Shown here one piece after another: positions 20,890 to 30,355 of a stretch of DNA of 34,105 nucleotides. A model generated the notes under the pieces. That model had not been told where the DNA came from. It searched no databases and saw only the letters and a list, made by a program, of their open reading frames with translations. The stretch lies in the NCBI GenBank assembly GCA_041548245.1, contig JBFESZ010000013.1, forward strand, positions 1 through 34,105, written 5' to 3'. Origin of the DNA: Sulfurimonadaceae bacterium. GTDB lineage: Bacteria > Campylobacterota > Campylobacteria > Campylobacterales > Sulfurimonadaceae. Position 1 is the first letter of the stretch, and every line of letters begins with the position of its first letter. Both the position numbers and the translations under genes were made by a program.

Positions 20890-21957
20890 TTAGATAACGA
20901 TTGGCATGATGATAGTTTTAAAGTCTTCAGAAGTTACGATGAACGGAAGATTAGACTCATTTAGACCAATATTAAATTCTGTTGTATTGATTTGAGAAAG
21001 AAAGTCTAATATGTATTTGCTGTTAATTGCTAACACAAAAGCTTTATCAAATGGTGTGTTAAAAGAGATCTGGGTTTTAGCTTCGATATTATCTTCACTC
21101 AAACTTTCAAATGTGATCATGCTGTTTTCAAACGTTATTTTCAAGTCGTTTGAGATAGTGGTTATTTGTTTGATGGCATCGATCATCATAGCTTTTGGAA
21201 GTGAAAGATTATAGGCTGTTTCTCTTGGGATAATACGAGTGAAATCTGGGAACTTTCCATTTATCAATTTTGTAAAGAATGTATATTGATCTGATTTGAT
21301 CAGTAGATGGGTGTTGTCATAATAGATTTCAATCTCATTAAAAAAGAGTTTTTGAATTTCAATAATTGCTTTTTTAGGAATGATTAAAGAGAGTTCTTCA
21401 CTTGAACTGTTTTCAATTTCCACAAGAGCCAATCGTCTTGTATCAGTTGATACAATAGAGATGACATTACTAGAGATATCGATCAATGCACCGTTAAGTT
21501 CAAATTTTGGGTTATTATTATCAATCGCAGGTGTAATCTTTTTAAGAGAGCTTATAAGTTTTTGAGAATCTAGATGAATTTTTGGTTTTGACTCTTCGGA
21601 TGGAAATTCAGGAAATTCATTGGCATTAAATGTTGGTAATTTGAAATTTGATTGTCCTTGTTGAATGTGAAGCATATCACCAATATTTTCTAAAACAATT
21701 TGATCATCTTTTAATATGCGAATGATATCAAGCAGTTTTTTACCATTAGCTGTTATAGATCCTGGTGCAAGTGTTTCAACATTGTCAGTTTCTACTTTTA
21801 GACCTATTTCATAATCTGTAGCTTTAACTCGTAGTTTTCCGGTATGTGTTTCTAAAAATATATGGGAAGTGATTTGTGAAGTATCTTTCTTTTCTAAAAA
21901 AGCTTGCGAATGAATAAGAATATTTTCTAGAACTGTTTTTGCAATTGAAATCTTCAT
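20890..21957 (-). CDS. dnaN: DNA polymerase III beta sliding clamp
   Basis: Motifs ATDYE, STDTRRL and GKFPDF; C-terminal IMPI; downstream of dnaA. Confidence 0.98.
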   Translation of the reverse strand: MKISIAKTVLENILIHSQAFLEKKDTSQITSHIFLETHTGKLRVKATDYEIGLKVETDNVETLAPGSITANGKKLLDIIRILKDDQIVLENIGDMLHIQQGQSNFKLPTFNANEFPEFPSEESKPKIHLDSQKLISSLKKITPAIDNNNPKFELNGALIDISSNVISIVSTDTRRLALVEIENSSSEELSLIIPKKAIIEIQKLFFNEIEIYYDNTHLLIKSDQYTFFTKLINGKFPDFTRIIPRETAYNLSLPKAMMIDAIKQITTISNDLKITFENSMITFESLSEDNIEAKTQISFNTPFDKAFVLAINSKYILDFLSQINTTEFNIGLNESNLPFIVTSEDFKTIIMPIVI

Positions 21958-22189
21958 TTCGAATTTCCTATTTATTTTTTATAAATTATTGTAGTTAGTA
22001 GTAGAGGACATGAATAAGTGAATAAACACTTAAAAGCCTTTACCAGCGTACTTTTACAAGTGTGAATATTCTTAAAAAGTTATTCACATTTGTTCACCTT
22101 AGAAATTATATCTTTTTTTTACAGAATTAAATAATGAATTATTTCAATATTCAATTTTAGATGTAAGGGAAGAAATATAGCTTACAGGA
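21958..22189. other. oriC: oriC2: unwinding sub-origin (DUE, DnaA-trios and DnaA boxes)
   Basis: AT-rich tract 21969-21990; trios (minus strand CTACTACTAACTAC) 21991-22004; boxes at 22009-22017, 22017-22025, 22061-22069, 22080-22088 (TTATTCACA) and 22090-22098. Confidence 0.85.
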
Positions 22190-23518
22190 TTATACATCTT
22201 CACCCGCAGAAATTTTATTGGTCAGTTCTTCGATTTTTACTTTGAAGTTCTCGTCTGTTTTAAGAAGTTCATTGATTTTTTTCATAGTATGAGAGATGGT
22301 TGTATGATCCTTCATACCAAAATACTGAGCCAGTTGTGGCATTGTACTTTGTGTCAGAGAACGTGCCAAATATATGGATACACGGCGGGCATAAACGATA
22401 TTTTTACTTCTACTTTTAGAACGGATTTCACTTGGTTTTACATTGAGTTCTTTGGAGACAAACTTGACTATGTATTCAATGGTTATATTCTCTCTTTTTT
22501 CCTTGAGCTGTTCTTTGAGTACGTTTTTTGTAAAGTCCAATGTGATCTCTTGGTTCATCAGTTTTGCATAAGCATGCAGCTTGGAAAGAATACCTTCGAT
22601 TTCACGCGCATTGTTATCAATTATTGTTGCAATATAGTCGATAACATCTTTTGTGATATTGACTCTGTTGATCTCACATTTTTTATTGATAATAGCGATT
22701 TTAGTCTCAAGTTCCGGGGGTTGAATATCTGAAACAAGTCCCCATTCAAACCGGCTTGTAAGACGGTCCTCTATCCCGGCTATCTGTTTGGGTTGTTTAT
22801 CCGAAGTCAAAATAATCTGTTTCTTCTCACTTCTTAGAGTTTCAAATGTGTGGAAGAACTCTTCTTGAGTCTGAGTTTTTCCCGAAAGGAATTGAACATC
22901 ATCGATCATCAAGACATCACATTTTCTGTACTTGTCTTTAAACCTATCCATGGTCTGGTTGCGTAGGTGTCGGGTGAAATCATTGACAAACTGTTCAACA
23001 GAGGTGTAAATAACGCTTTTACCTTGTGTCTGAAGACGATTACCGATTGCTTGCATAAGGTGTGTCTTTCCAAGACCAACACCTCCGTAAATAAATAGAG
23101 GATTATAGGCAGATCCAGGTTTCTCACATACGGATTGGGCGGCGGAATAGGCAAATTGATTAGAGCTTCCGACGACATAATTATCGAAGGTATAGGCTGG
23201 ATTCAAAAGACTTTGATGAGCACTGTGCTGAGGTGTTTGAGTCACTATATCATTGGTCTGTAGTTGGCTTGAGCGCTTGTTTTTAACCTCAATGGAGACC
23301 TTTGGCTTGATATCTGTTTTGATCTCAAAAAGATGGGCTATTTTTTCGCTGTATTTGGTTCGGACCCATGATGCAATTAGCGGGTTAGGTGCCAGAAAAA
23401 GTGCAAAGTCTGATTTTGAGTCCTGTGTGCAAAAACTAAGTTGTTTAATATAGCGATTGTATTCGATTTCACTGATCTCTTGTTTTAGAAGCTCTAAGAT
23501 AGATTCGCCGATTGTCAT
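22190..23518 (-). CDS. dnaA: Chromosomal replication initiator DnaA
   Basis: Motifs YNPLFIYGGVGLGKTHL, DDVQFL, QEEFFHTF and KDHTT. ATG 23518 has a GAGG RBS (ORF track starts at GTG 23524). Confidence 0.99.
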   Translation of the reverse strand: MTIGESILELLKQEISEIEYNRYIKQLSFCTQDSKSDFALFLAPNPLIASWVRTKYSEKIAHLFEIKTDIKPKVSIEVKNKRSSQLQTNDIVTQTPQHSAHQSLLNPAYTFDNYVVGSSNQFAYSAAQSVCEKPGSAYNPLFIYGGVGLGKTHLMQAIGNRLQTQGKSVIYTSVEQFVNDFTRHLRNQTMDRFKDKYRKCDVLMIDDVQFLSGKTQTQEEFFHTFETLRSEKKQIILTSDKQPKQIAGIEDRLTSRFEWGLVSDIQPPELETKIAIINKKCEINRVNITKDVIDYIATIIDNNAREIEGILSKLHAYAKLMNQEITLDFTKNVLKEQLKEKRENITIEYIVKFVSKELNVKPSEIRSKSRSKNIVYARRVSIYLARSLTQSTMPQLAQYFGMKDHTTISHTMKKINELLKTDENFKVKIEELTNKISAGEDV

Positions 23519-23524
23519 ATACAC

Positions 23525-23745
23525 CTCTTTATAATTTATGAGTAGCTTGAAGATTATTAGGAATGAATAAAAAATGAAGGTTTTATTTATTCACATGTTA
23601 ATTGTGAATAATATCCAAAAAAATTGGATAATAGGCTAAAATAGCAGATCTGTTAATGTGAATATAAAGTTATTCACATAGGTGAATATATTTGATGAAT
23701 AGTTATCTATTCTCCTGTTTATTGGGAAAGGAAGCATGTGAATAT
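23525..23745. other. oriC: oriC1: DnaA-box cluster between dnaA and ruvC
   Basis: TTATTCACA at 23587 and 23670; TGTGAATAA at 23603; TGTGAATAT at 23657 and 23737; GGTGAATAT at 23681. Confidence 0.82.
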
Positions 23746-24211
23746 CTTGGGAATAGATCCAGGTACACGCAACTTGGGATATGCCATCATATCTTTGGAG
23801 GGAGGAAGTATGAAATTGGTCGAAGCCGGATTGATAAAAATCAAAGCGGACGAACTTCAGATACAGATTCCGCAAATGATTGAAGGTTTTGATCTTATCT
23901 TTAAAAACCATCAGATTGATGAGGTGGCCATGGAAGATATCTTTTATGCGCACAATCCTAAAACAACGATCAAACTTGCCCAATTCCGTGGTGCTATGAT
24001 GTTAAAGATATTACAGGAGTTTGGCCAGTTTAGTGAGTATACTGCCCTGCAGGTGAAAAAGGCATTGACAGGAAAGGGGAAAGCCCAAAAAGAGCAGGTC
24101 GCTTTTATGGTCCAACGTCTTTTAGGTATCAAAAAAGAGATAAAGCCCCTGGATGTATCCGATGCTATGGCGGTTGCCATTACGCATGCTCAACGTGTAA
24201 AACTACGTTAG
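23738..24211 (+). CDS. ruvC: Holliday junction resolvase RuvC
   Basis: Motifs ILGIDPG, MEDIF, VKKALTG.G.A.KEQV and [12 protein letters not shown] start. Confidence 0.97.
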   Translation: MNILGIDPGTRNLGYAIISLEGGSMKLVEAGLIKIKADELQIQIPQMIEGFDLIFKNHQIDEVAMEDIFYAHNPKTTIKLAQFRGAMMLKILQEFGQFSEYTALQVKKALTGKGKAQKEQVAFMVQRLLGIKKEIKPLDVSDAMAVAITHAQRVKLR

Positions 24212-24306
24212 AGATGCTAAAAGTTTTCACAAAGTCCACATTTTTTTAGCATATTATCCATTTACTTAAATTGGATAATATATTTCTTCCCCATAAGGAG
24301 AATATC

Positions 24307-24657
24307 ATGCATGAAAAGATCATATTAGCCTTAGATACCGCAGAAAAAAACTATCTCTATGCGAAACATTCGGAAATAACAAATACAGCCAAAAGATCAT
24401 CAGAACACATCATTGCATTAAATGCTCTTTTTGAATCTTTTATTCACTATGGTATAGCTGTTTCACAAAGCTCAGGTGTCATATGCGAACTCACTGAGGA
24501 TATGTATCTTTTTGAGACACTCATAGAGCCTCATTTACGTGTCGTTGATGATATTCAGATGATAGCCAGGCAATACACAAGCATGTATGTACAGTATATT
24601 GCACGAATCGCGCAGGGTTCCAATAGTAAAGATGCGGTACAAAACCTATTTGCCTAG
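24307..24657 (+). CDS. Hypothetical protein
   Basis: AAGGAG RBS 6 nt before ATG 24307; -10 TATTAT at 24252-24257; no recognised motif. Confidence 0.7.
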   Translation: MHEKIILALDTAEKNYLYAKHSEITNTAKRSSEHIIALNALFESFIHYGIAVSQSSGVICELTEDMYLFETLIEPHLRVVDDIQMIARQYTSMYVQYIARIAQGSNSKDAVQNLFA

Positions 24658-24683
24658 CGGTGATTTAAAAAGGAAAAATATCC

Positions 24684-25190
24684 TCAGTGAGTATCATGAT
24701 TGACAATGAAGTCAACAAACTGATAATCATAGGGATTTTTTTCATTTTTAATATGTTTTTCCCGTTTAGTCTCTTGTAGGTTTAAGTGTCCAAATTCCGG
24801 AAATTGTGTGTCCCCATCTATATCCAGATCAATAAAGGTTAGGTAGAGCCGGTCAGCTTGAGAGATGGTCTGTGAATAAAGATAGCCTCCGCCGATGACC
24901 ATAACCTCTTCAACATTTTCAACCAGTGCTAACGCTTCTTCAAAGGAACTAACGCTTTGACACCCTTCGACCCTATAGTCCGGATTCGAACTCAGGATGA
25001 TATTTTTTCTTCCTGGAAGCGGTCGCCCGATAGATTCATAAGTTTTTCTCCCCATAATAATAGGTTTGCCCATGGTGACAGCTTTAAAGTGTGCCAAATC
25101 TGCAGGAAGATGCCAAGGCATCTGATTATCTTTACCAATAACACGGTTGTTAGCCATAGCAACAATAAGTGAGATGAGAGGTCTATGCAT
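24684..25190 (-). CDS. folA: Dihydrofolate reductase (type I)
   Basis: Motifs VIGKDNQMPWHLPADL, IMGRKTYESI.RPLPGR, IGGG and GDTQFP. Confidence 0.96.
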   Translation of the reverse strand: MHRPLISLIVAMANNRVIGKDNQMPWHLPADLAHFKAVTMGKPIIMGRKTYESIGRPLPGRKNIILSSNPDYRVEGCQSVSSFEEALALVENVEEVMVIGGGYLYSQTISQADRLYLTFIDLDIDGDTQFPEFGHLNLQETKREKHIKNEKNPYDYQFVDFIVNHDTH

Positions 25191-25198
25191 CTGTATTC

Positions 25199-26050
25199 CT
25201 AAACTGAAAAAGGATAGGCAATAGGCTCATGGCATTGATAACCCGTAACACTAAAGTCATCCATGCTCACCCATGTCTCAAGGTCTTCTAATGAGGTGAT
25301 CTTTTCGTTGATATGTAACTGAGGTGAAGGAAAAGGTTCACGTTTAAGTTGCACATCGCGCATCAACTCCAACTGGTCTTCGTAGATATGAGCATTTACG
25401 ATTTTATGATAGGCAGTACCTGCTTTTTTACCGGTGATACGAGCCATAAGGGCTAAAAACACAAAGACTTGTACCTGATTGAAATTAAGGCCTAAAGGAA
25501 CATCACATGAGCGTTGATATGAGGTCAGATGGAGAGTATCCCCGACGAGGGAGAAGTTGTGAGTGTGCATACAAGGACGAAGGCATCCCATGTGAAATTC
25601 ACCAGGATTGTAAAAAGTGATGATTTCAGCGCGGTCATCAATACCTCTTTTCAGATCGTCGACCACTTTTTTCAGTTGATCAATGGTGTTACCTTCCGGT
25701 GTCTTCCAGCTTCGGCCCTGGACACCGTAAACACGACCCATATCATCCTCACCTTTACGGTAAGGGTTGTTTAGCCAAGCTTCATTAAGGTTAGCATTGG
25801 CATCCCATGTCTTAGTACCAAGGGCCCGAAAGTCGGCAGCATTGTCATATCCGCGGATGTAACCCAGAAATTCGGCAATAGCAGATTTATAATAACTCTT
25901 TCGAGTGGTGATCAGAGGGAACTTGTTCTCTCCAACCTGATATTCAAGATCGGCATTAATAACAGTCAGACAGCGTTTTCCTGTACGTTCGTTTTCAACC
26001 CAGGTCCCTTCATTTACGATTCTGTTGCATAAATCTAAGTATTGTTTCAT
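25199..26050 (-). CDS. thyA: Thymidylate synthase ThyA (283-aa type)
   Basis: Motifs RTG, LRPCMH (catalytic Cys), [14 protein letters not shown] and NAHIYEDQ. Confidence 0.97.
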   Translation of the reverse strand: MKQYLDLCNRIVNEGTWVENERTGKRCLTVINADLEYQVGENKFPLITTRKSYYKSAIAEFLGYIRGYDNAADFRALGTKTWDANANLNEAWLNNPYRKGEDDMGRVYGVQGRSWKTPEGNTIDQLKKVVDDLKRGIDDRAEIITFYNPGEFHMGCLRPCMHTHNFSLVGDTLHLTSYQRSCDVPLGLNFNQVQVFVFLALMARITGKKAGTAYHKIVNAHIYEDQLELMRDVQLKREPFPSPQLHINEKITSLEDLETWVSMDDFSVTGYQCHEPIAYPFSV

Positions 26051-26161
26051 TCATTCGGCCTTTACACTACTAATGAGTAAAATTATATATCAGAGTTCTT
26101 AAAACTCCTTATAGTCAATAAGCTCGTGAATGTAAGGTATAATACCCGTATAGGATATAAG

Positions 26162-26395
26162 ATGAAATATTTAATTTTTGTGTTAACACTGTTTATTTTT
26201 ACGGCTTGTAACTCTAAGAGAGTCACTATTAACGGTTTGATCTGCCCGGAAGGATACTCTACGCATCAGGTACAAAAGGACTTGACCCAATGCAAATATT
26301 ATGATGAGAAGGCTGCAGCGGAGGCATCTCAATCATCTATCAAACCAGCATGTCGTGAATGTCTAGAGGCCAAGGGTTATGAAATAGAAGAATGA
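26162..26395 (+). CDS. Small Cys-rich lipoprotein
   Basis: Lipobox FTAC; -10 TATAAT at 26138-26143; CxxC motif (CREC). Confidence 0.72.
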   Translation: MKYLIFVLTLFIFTACNSKRVTINGLICPEGYSTHQVQKDLTQCKYYDEKAAAEASQSSIKPACRECLEAKGYEIEE

Positions 26396-26622
26396 TCTGG
26401 ATAAAAACTTGTTTGTTGATATTTTTCTCTTTTTTATTAATAGCATGTGAAGGTTTTAGATTCACAGGAAGCATGTGTGAAAGTCTGCAACCAGGTCAGA
26501 TATCAACTGAATGCAGGGCTTATGATGAGGAAGAAGCACTTAAGGCGAGCGAACCTAAAAAAGAGAAGTCAGGTGAATGTCTAGAATGCAATGAGACAGA
26601 TAAACTGGAAATACACCGATGA
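26392..26622 (+). CDS. Small Cys-rich lipoprotein, paralogue of the upstream gene
   Basis: Lipobox LIAC; ATGA overlaps at both ends; CLEC motif. Confidence 0.72.
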   Translation: MIWIKTCLLIFFSFLLIACEGFRFTGSMCESLQPGQISTECRAYDEEEALKASEPKKEKSGECLECNETDKLEIHR

Positions 26623-27173
26623 ACATAGATGTGAATATCTCTCATATCTACGCTTCGCCCGAGCATCATTATTTTACACGTGAAAAATTTGATGTAGGCA
26701 ATGCACCTACAAATGATTTAGACAGGGTCTATCTGAAAGAGGGTAAAGGGATAGCAGGTGACCGTTTTGAGTTTTCAAAATATCCGATAACCTTTATCTC
26801 TGAAGAGGTGATGAGAGAAGTTTGTTCAGAACTTGAACTGTCGTATGATCCCAGCCTATTCAGACGTAATGTTGTCATCAGTGGCCTTAACTTGACACAA
26901 CTGATTGGAAAAAGGTTTGCTATTGCGGATGTGTCGACTGATGAGAGTGTGGTCTTTGAAGGAGTAGAGCATTGTGCACCATGTACATGGATGAATGCAG
27001 TCATGAAAAAAGGGGCTTTTGGTTTGATGAGTGGACGAGGCGGTTTGCGTGTTAGAGTTATAAAAGAGGGCCCTTTAAAAACAGGTAATAACACACTTAT
27101 AACAGAAGATAACTTTGAGTTGCTTGATCCCTGTGAGGCGCTTCCCAAACCAATGTTTCCTAAGGGGAGTTAA
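26619..27173 (+). CDS. MOSC domain protein
   Basis: Motifs GIAGDRF, FRRNVVISG, HCAPC and GRGGLRVRV. Confidence 0.88.
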   Translation: MNIDVNISHIYASPEHHYFTREKFDVGNAPTNDLDRVYLKEGKGIAGDRFEFSKYPITFISEEVMREVCSELELSYDPSLFRRNVVISGLNLTQLIGKRFAIADVSTDESVVFEGVEHCAPCTWMNAVMKKGAFGLMSGRGGLRVRVIKEGPLKTGNNTLITEDNFELLDPCEALPKPMFPKGS

Positions 27174-27191
27174 TTATAAAGAAGGTATGTT

Positions 27192-28289
27192 ATGCAGGCA
27201 CATGAACGTTTCTATGGTATCGCAGATGACTTTAGGTCTGCATATGCCCGAGACAGAGACAGGATTATTCATTCGGGCAGTTTCAGAAAATTGGAGTATA
27301 AAACACAAGTGTTTTTGAATCAGGAGGGTGACTTTTTTAGAACACGTCTGACACACTCTATAGAAGTCTCTCAGATAGCACGATCTATATCTTCCCAACT
27401 AGGATTGGAAGAGTCGTTGGCTGAAGCGATTGCACTTGCCCATGATTTGGGACACACACCTTTTGGACATGTGGGTGGTGATGAGCTTGATGCAAGATTA
27501 AAAGAGGCGGGATACAGCAACGGTTTTGAGCATAACTATCAATCTTTTAGGGTCGTGACCTCTTTGGAAAAACGTTATAAGGGCTTTAATGGATTAAATC
27601 TCAGCTTCGCTACCCTAGAAGGTATATTGAAGCACTCATATCCTTATAAAAAGTCTTTTTTACCTCAACATATTGATCAACAGTTTAATCTTGAGACGCA
27701 TCCTTCAATCGAGGCGATGGTCGTAGACCGTGCGGATGAGATCGCTTATATGAGCCATGATATTGACGACGGTGTCCATTCGGGTCTGATCAGTTTTGAG
27801 ACATTAAAGCAGAGCGAGCTTGTTCAGGAAATCTTACAAAAGGTTCATGATGAGGGAATATCAGAAGATGAGGATGAGATGTTCAGATATCGTTTTTCTT
27901 CACACTTTATTAATCATCTTGTTTATTCACTGCTTGAGTATTCAAAACCGAAAGTGGATAATAGCCGGGTATTGTCCGCATGTATGAGTTCTACATCACA
28001 GATTCCTATTGGTTTTGAGGCTTCGCTTGAGACAAAGATCAAAAAACTAAAAAAGATACTTTTTCAAGAGCTTTATCAACATAAAGAGATTGTCAGAAAG
28101 ATGTATGCTGGAAAAAAGGCGGTGCAAGGGTTGTTTGATGCTTTGATGGATGAGCCGAAGATGCTGCCTAAATATTATGCTTTACAGCTTCAGAGCCGTT
28201 ACAAGCACAGGGTGGTCGCTGATTACATTGCTAGTATGAGTGACCGCTTTGCGATGTCACTCTATAATGAAGTGTTCGGACTTAATTAA
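27192..28289 (+). CDS. dgt: Deoxyguanosinetriphosphate triphosphohydrolase-like (HD) protein
   Basis: Motifs RDRDRIIHS, RTRLTHS, AHDLGHTPFGH, ADEIAY..HD and DYIASMSD. Confidence 0.93.
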   Translation: MQAHERFYGIADDFRSAYARDRDRIIHSGSFRKLEYKTQVFLNQEGDFFRTRLTHSIEVSQIARSISSQLGLEESLAEAIALAHDLGHTPFGHVGGDELDARLKEAGYSNGFEHNYQSFRVVTSLEKRYKGFNGLNLSFATLEGILKHSYPYKKSFLPQHIDQQFNLETHPSIEAMVVDRADEIAYMSHDIDDGVHSGLISFETLKQSELVQEILQKVHDEGISEDEDEMFRYRFSSHFINHLVYSLLEYSKPKVDNSRVLSACMSSTSQIPIGFEASLETKIKKLKKILFQELYQHKEIVRKMYAGKKAVQGLFDALMDEPKMLPKYYALQLQSRYKHRVVADYIASMSDRFAMSLYNEVFGLN

Positions 28290-30124
28290 CGTTTCAGTCC
28301 GATAAGCGTCTCAAGCAGATTATCTGAAGTCGTAATCGTCTTACCATTTGCCTGATAGCCACGCTGAATGATGATCAGTTGCGTCAATGAACGAGAAAGA
28401 TCCACATTTGAGGCCTCAAGCGCTGCAGATTGAATAAAGCCACGTCCACCAGATGCTGCTGTTCCGATGATAGGGTCACCCGAGTTAGCAGATTGTAAGT
28501 AGACATTTCCGCCGTCTGCAAAAAGTCCCTCATTATTAACAAACTTTGCCATACCTATCTGTGCCAGTCCGAATGAACGACCATTGGAGAACGAACCTAT
28601 CAGTGTACCGCTTTGATCGATACGAATACCGATGAGATCCCCTCCGGTAAAACCATCTTGGGAGATACCTGATGTTGTCGATGGGCTGTCAAATGAGGTC
28701 AGACCATCATACGAGCCAACGGTCCCGAAACCAAGGTCTATCTGCTGTGGAGAAGCAGATCCATTATTGGCAGTAAAGTCAATCTGACCGGGATTTCTGC
28801 TTAGCAGTGATCCATCATTTGCAAAGGTAATCACACCGTCTCTAAGCACATTGAAAGTTGGAGCAATAGAACCCCCAAGTGTCGCATAGCTTGGTGCAGT
28901 TACATTAAATGTCCAGGTTGAACCAGTCGTTTGGCTTTGGCTCGTCTTTCTAAAATCTACTTTGATGGTATGTTTACTACCAAGAGAGTCAAAAACATCG
29001 ATACTTGAAGCGTGAACGGCAGCATTGATCTCTTGTGAAATCCTTACTGCAGGTAAGGTCCCTGTTGTCGAATAAGTTGCTGCTAATGATGTAAAAGCAG
29101 AAAAGAAGCGAGGGTTTTCCAAGGTTGTAGCCGGGGTTGCGGTACCAAGGTCTTCTATGTCCAGAGTAAAGGCCGGATTCCCAATAGGGTTTGTTATCAC
29201 ATATCTACCTTGGTTATCCAATTCAATGGTAGCTCCCGCAGGAAGTGCGGCAGCCAGTTGGTCTCTCAGGTCTTTGGTTGTATGGAAATATCTATTGTTT
29301 CCACCGCCTGTACCCGTGTTGTCCACTGTACCTACGGCAGGACTCCCCGGCTCTAGGTCTGTATAACGAAAATCCAATACAGTCCCATTAATGGTCATTC
29401 TTATACCTTGGCCATCCTCGGAACCTGATGTTGTGTTTGTCGCTGAGGTGAGGCTGAACGCATTACCCGTTGCATCGAACATAACGCCAAAGTCATCGAA
29501 AACAATGATAGGAGGATTTGCTGTAGAGGCTCCAGTTGTATCAATGGCATAGGCAGGTAGGAACTGATCGACACGCGGGCCTGAGTTGAGATTGGCCTTT
29601 AGATTGATAATGGATGTTGCTTCTGCCGGTGTTGTAAGTCCGGGGTCGATGACAACATTTTCAATCGGTGATGTAGGATCGACCAGGTTGGTTACTGGAT
29701 CACGAAGCCATCCTTGAGCAATAAAACCGTTATTATCGACAAAGTTTCCATTGGCATCAAATTTGAAGTCCCCGGAGCGTGTGTATTTATAGGTGTCTCC
29801 CCCATCTGCACTGACAATGAAAAATCCATCCCCTTGAATGGCCACATCGGTGTTCTTGTCAGTATTTTGGATAGAGCCCTGAGTATGAAGACGTGTGACA
29901 GAGGCTACGGTGGCACCTAATCCGATCTGTACAGCATTTTTACCGCCTAGTTCACCCTGTGGTGCTGTAGCAATTTGATTGGTCTGTGCCAAAAGGTCTG
30001 AAAAATTTGCACGAGAGTATTTAAACCCTATCGTATTAACATTGGCAATATTGTTTGACTCAACGTCCATGGCGATTTGGTGGGACTGAAGACCAGCTAC
30101 ACCAGAGAATAAAGATTTTAACAT
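28286..30124 (-). CDS. flgE: Flagellar hook protein FlgE (long, main hook; FlgE2 in Campylobacter naming)
   Basis: Motifs NNIANVNT.GFK, YTRSGDF, DSLG and LEASNVDLS; variable central domain. Confidence 0.93.
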   Translation of the reverse strand: MLKSLFSGVAGLQSHQIAMDVESNNIANVNTIGFKYSRANFSDLLAQTNQIATAPQGELGGKNAVQIGLGATVASVTRLHTQGSIQNTDKNTDVAIQGDGFFIVSADGGDTYKYTRSGDFKFDANGNFVDNNGFIAQGWLRDPVTNLVDPTSPIENVVIDPGLTTPAEATSIINLKANLNSGPRVDQFLPAYAIDTTGASTANPPIIVFDDFGVMFDATGNAFSLTSATNTTSGSEDGQGIRMTINGTVLDFRYTDLEPGSPAVGTVDNTGTGGGNNRYFHTTKDLRDQLAAALPAGATIELDNQGRYVITNPIGNPAFTLDIEDLGTATPATTLENPRFFSAFTSLAATYSTTGTLPAVRISQEINAAVHASSIDVFDSLGSKHTIKVDFRKTSQSQTTGSTWTFNVTAPSYATLGGSIAPTFNVLRDGVITFANDGSLLSRNPGQIDFTANNGSASPQQIDLGFGTVGSYDGLTSFDSPSTTSGISQDGFTGGDLIGIRIDQSGTLIGSFSNGRSFGLAQIGMAKFVNNEGLFADGGNVYLQSANSGDPIIGTAASGGRGFIQSAALEASNVDLSRSLTQLIIIQRGYQANGKTITTSDNLLETLIGLKR

Positions 30125-30238
30125 GATGAATCCTTTGTTCTAAAAAGCTTGATCTCAGTAAGAGAGTTTTTATTTCTCTAATTTAATCGGGTCAAAAGAT
30201 GATGTTTCGACATTTAGCTTTCTAATAGTTAAGATAAT

Positions 30239-30256
30239 AAGCAAGACTTGTTCCAA
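30239..30256 (-). promoter_or_regulatory. Sigma54 (-24/-12) promoter of the long flgE
   Basis: TTGGAACAAGTCTTGCTT, with exact GG-N10-GC spacing. Confidence 0.85.
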
Positions 30257-30355
30257 CTTTAGAGTAATAGTATAAAGAAAGTTGATATAAAAATATATAA
30301 GTTTTTTGAGTCAATTAATATAAGTTATGGAGGCTAGATGGAATGTATAGCCTGG

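Noticed and set aside
24871-24879. Perfect TGTGAATAA box inside folA
   Set aside because: It is a single isolated 9-mer within coding sequence and is compatible with chance.
24684-25190. Mobile dfrA trimethoprim-resistance cassette
   Set aside because: The sequence looks like chromosomal FolA paired with thyA, and no attC site, integrase or IS is visible.
27192-28289. dGTPase as an anti-phage nucleotide-depletion system
   Set aside because: It is a short housekeeping-type Dgt in a core-gene context, with no neighbouring defence or mobile genes.
30125-30230. c-di-GMP riboswitch in the flgE leader
   Set aside because: It lacks the conserved GEMM-I features (GGCAAAC/GCAAAGC segments, tetraloop receptor). 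It is kept only as a generic structured leader.
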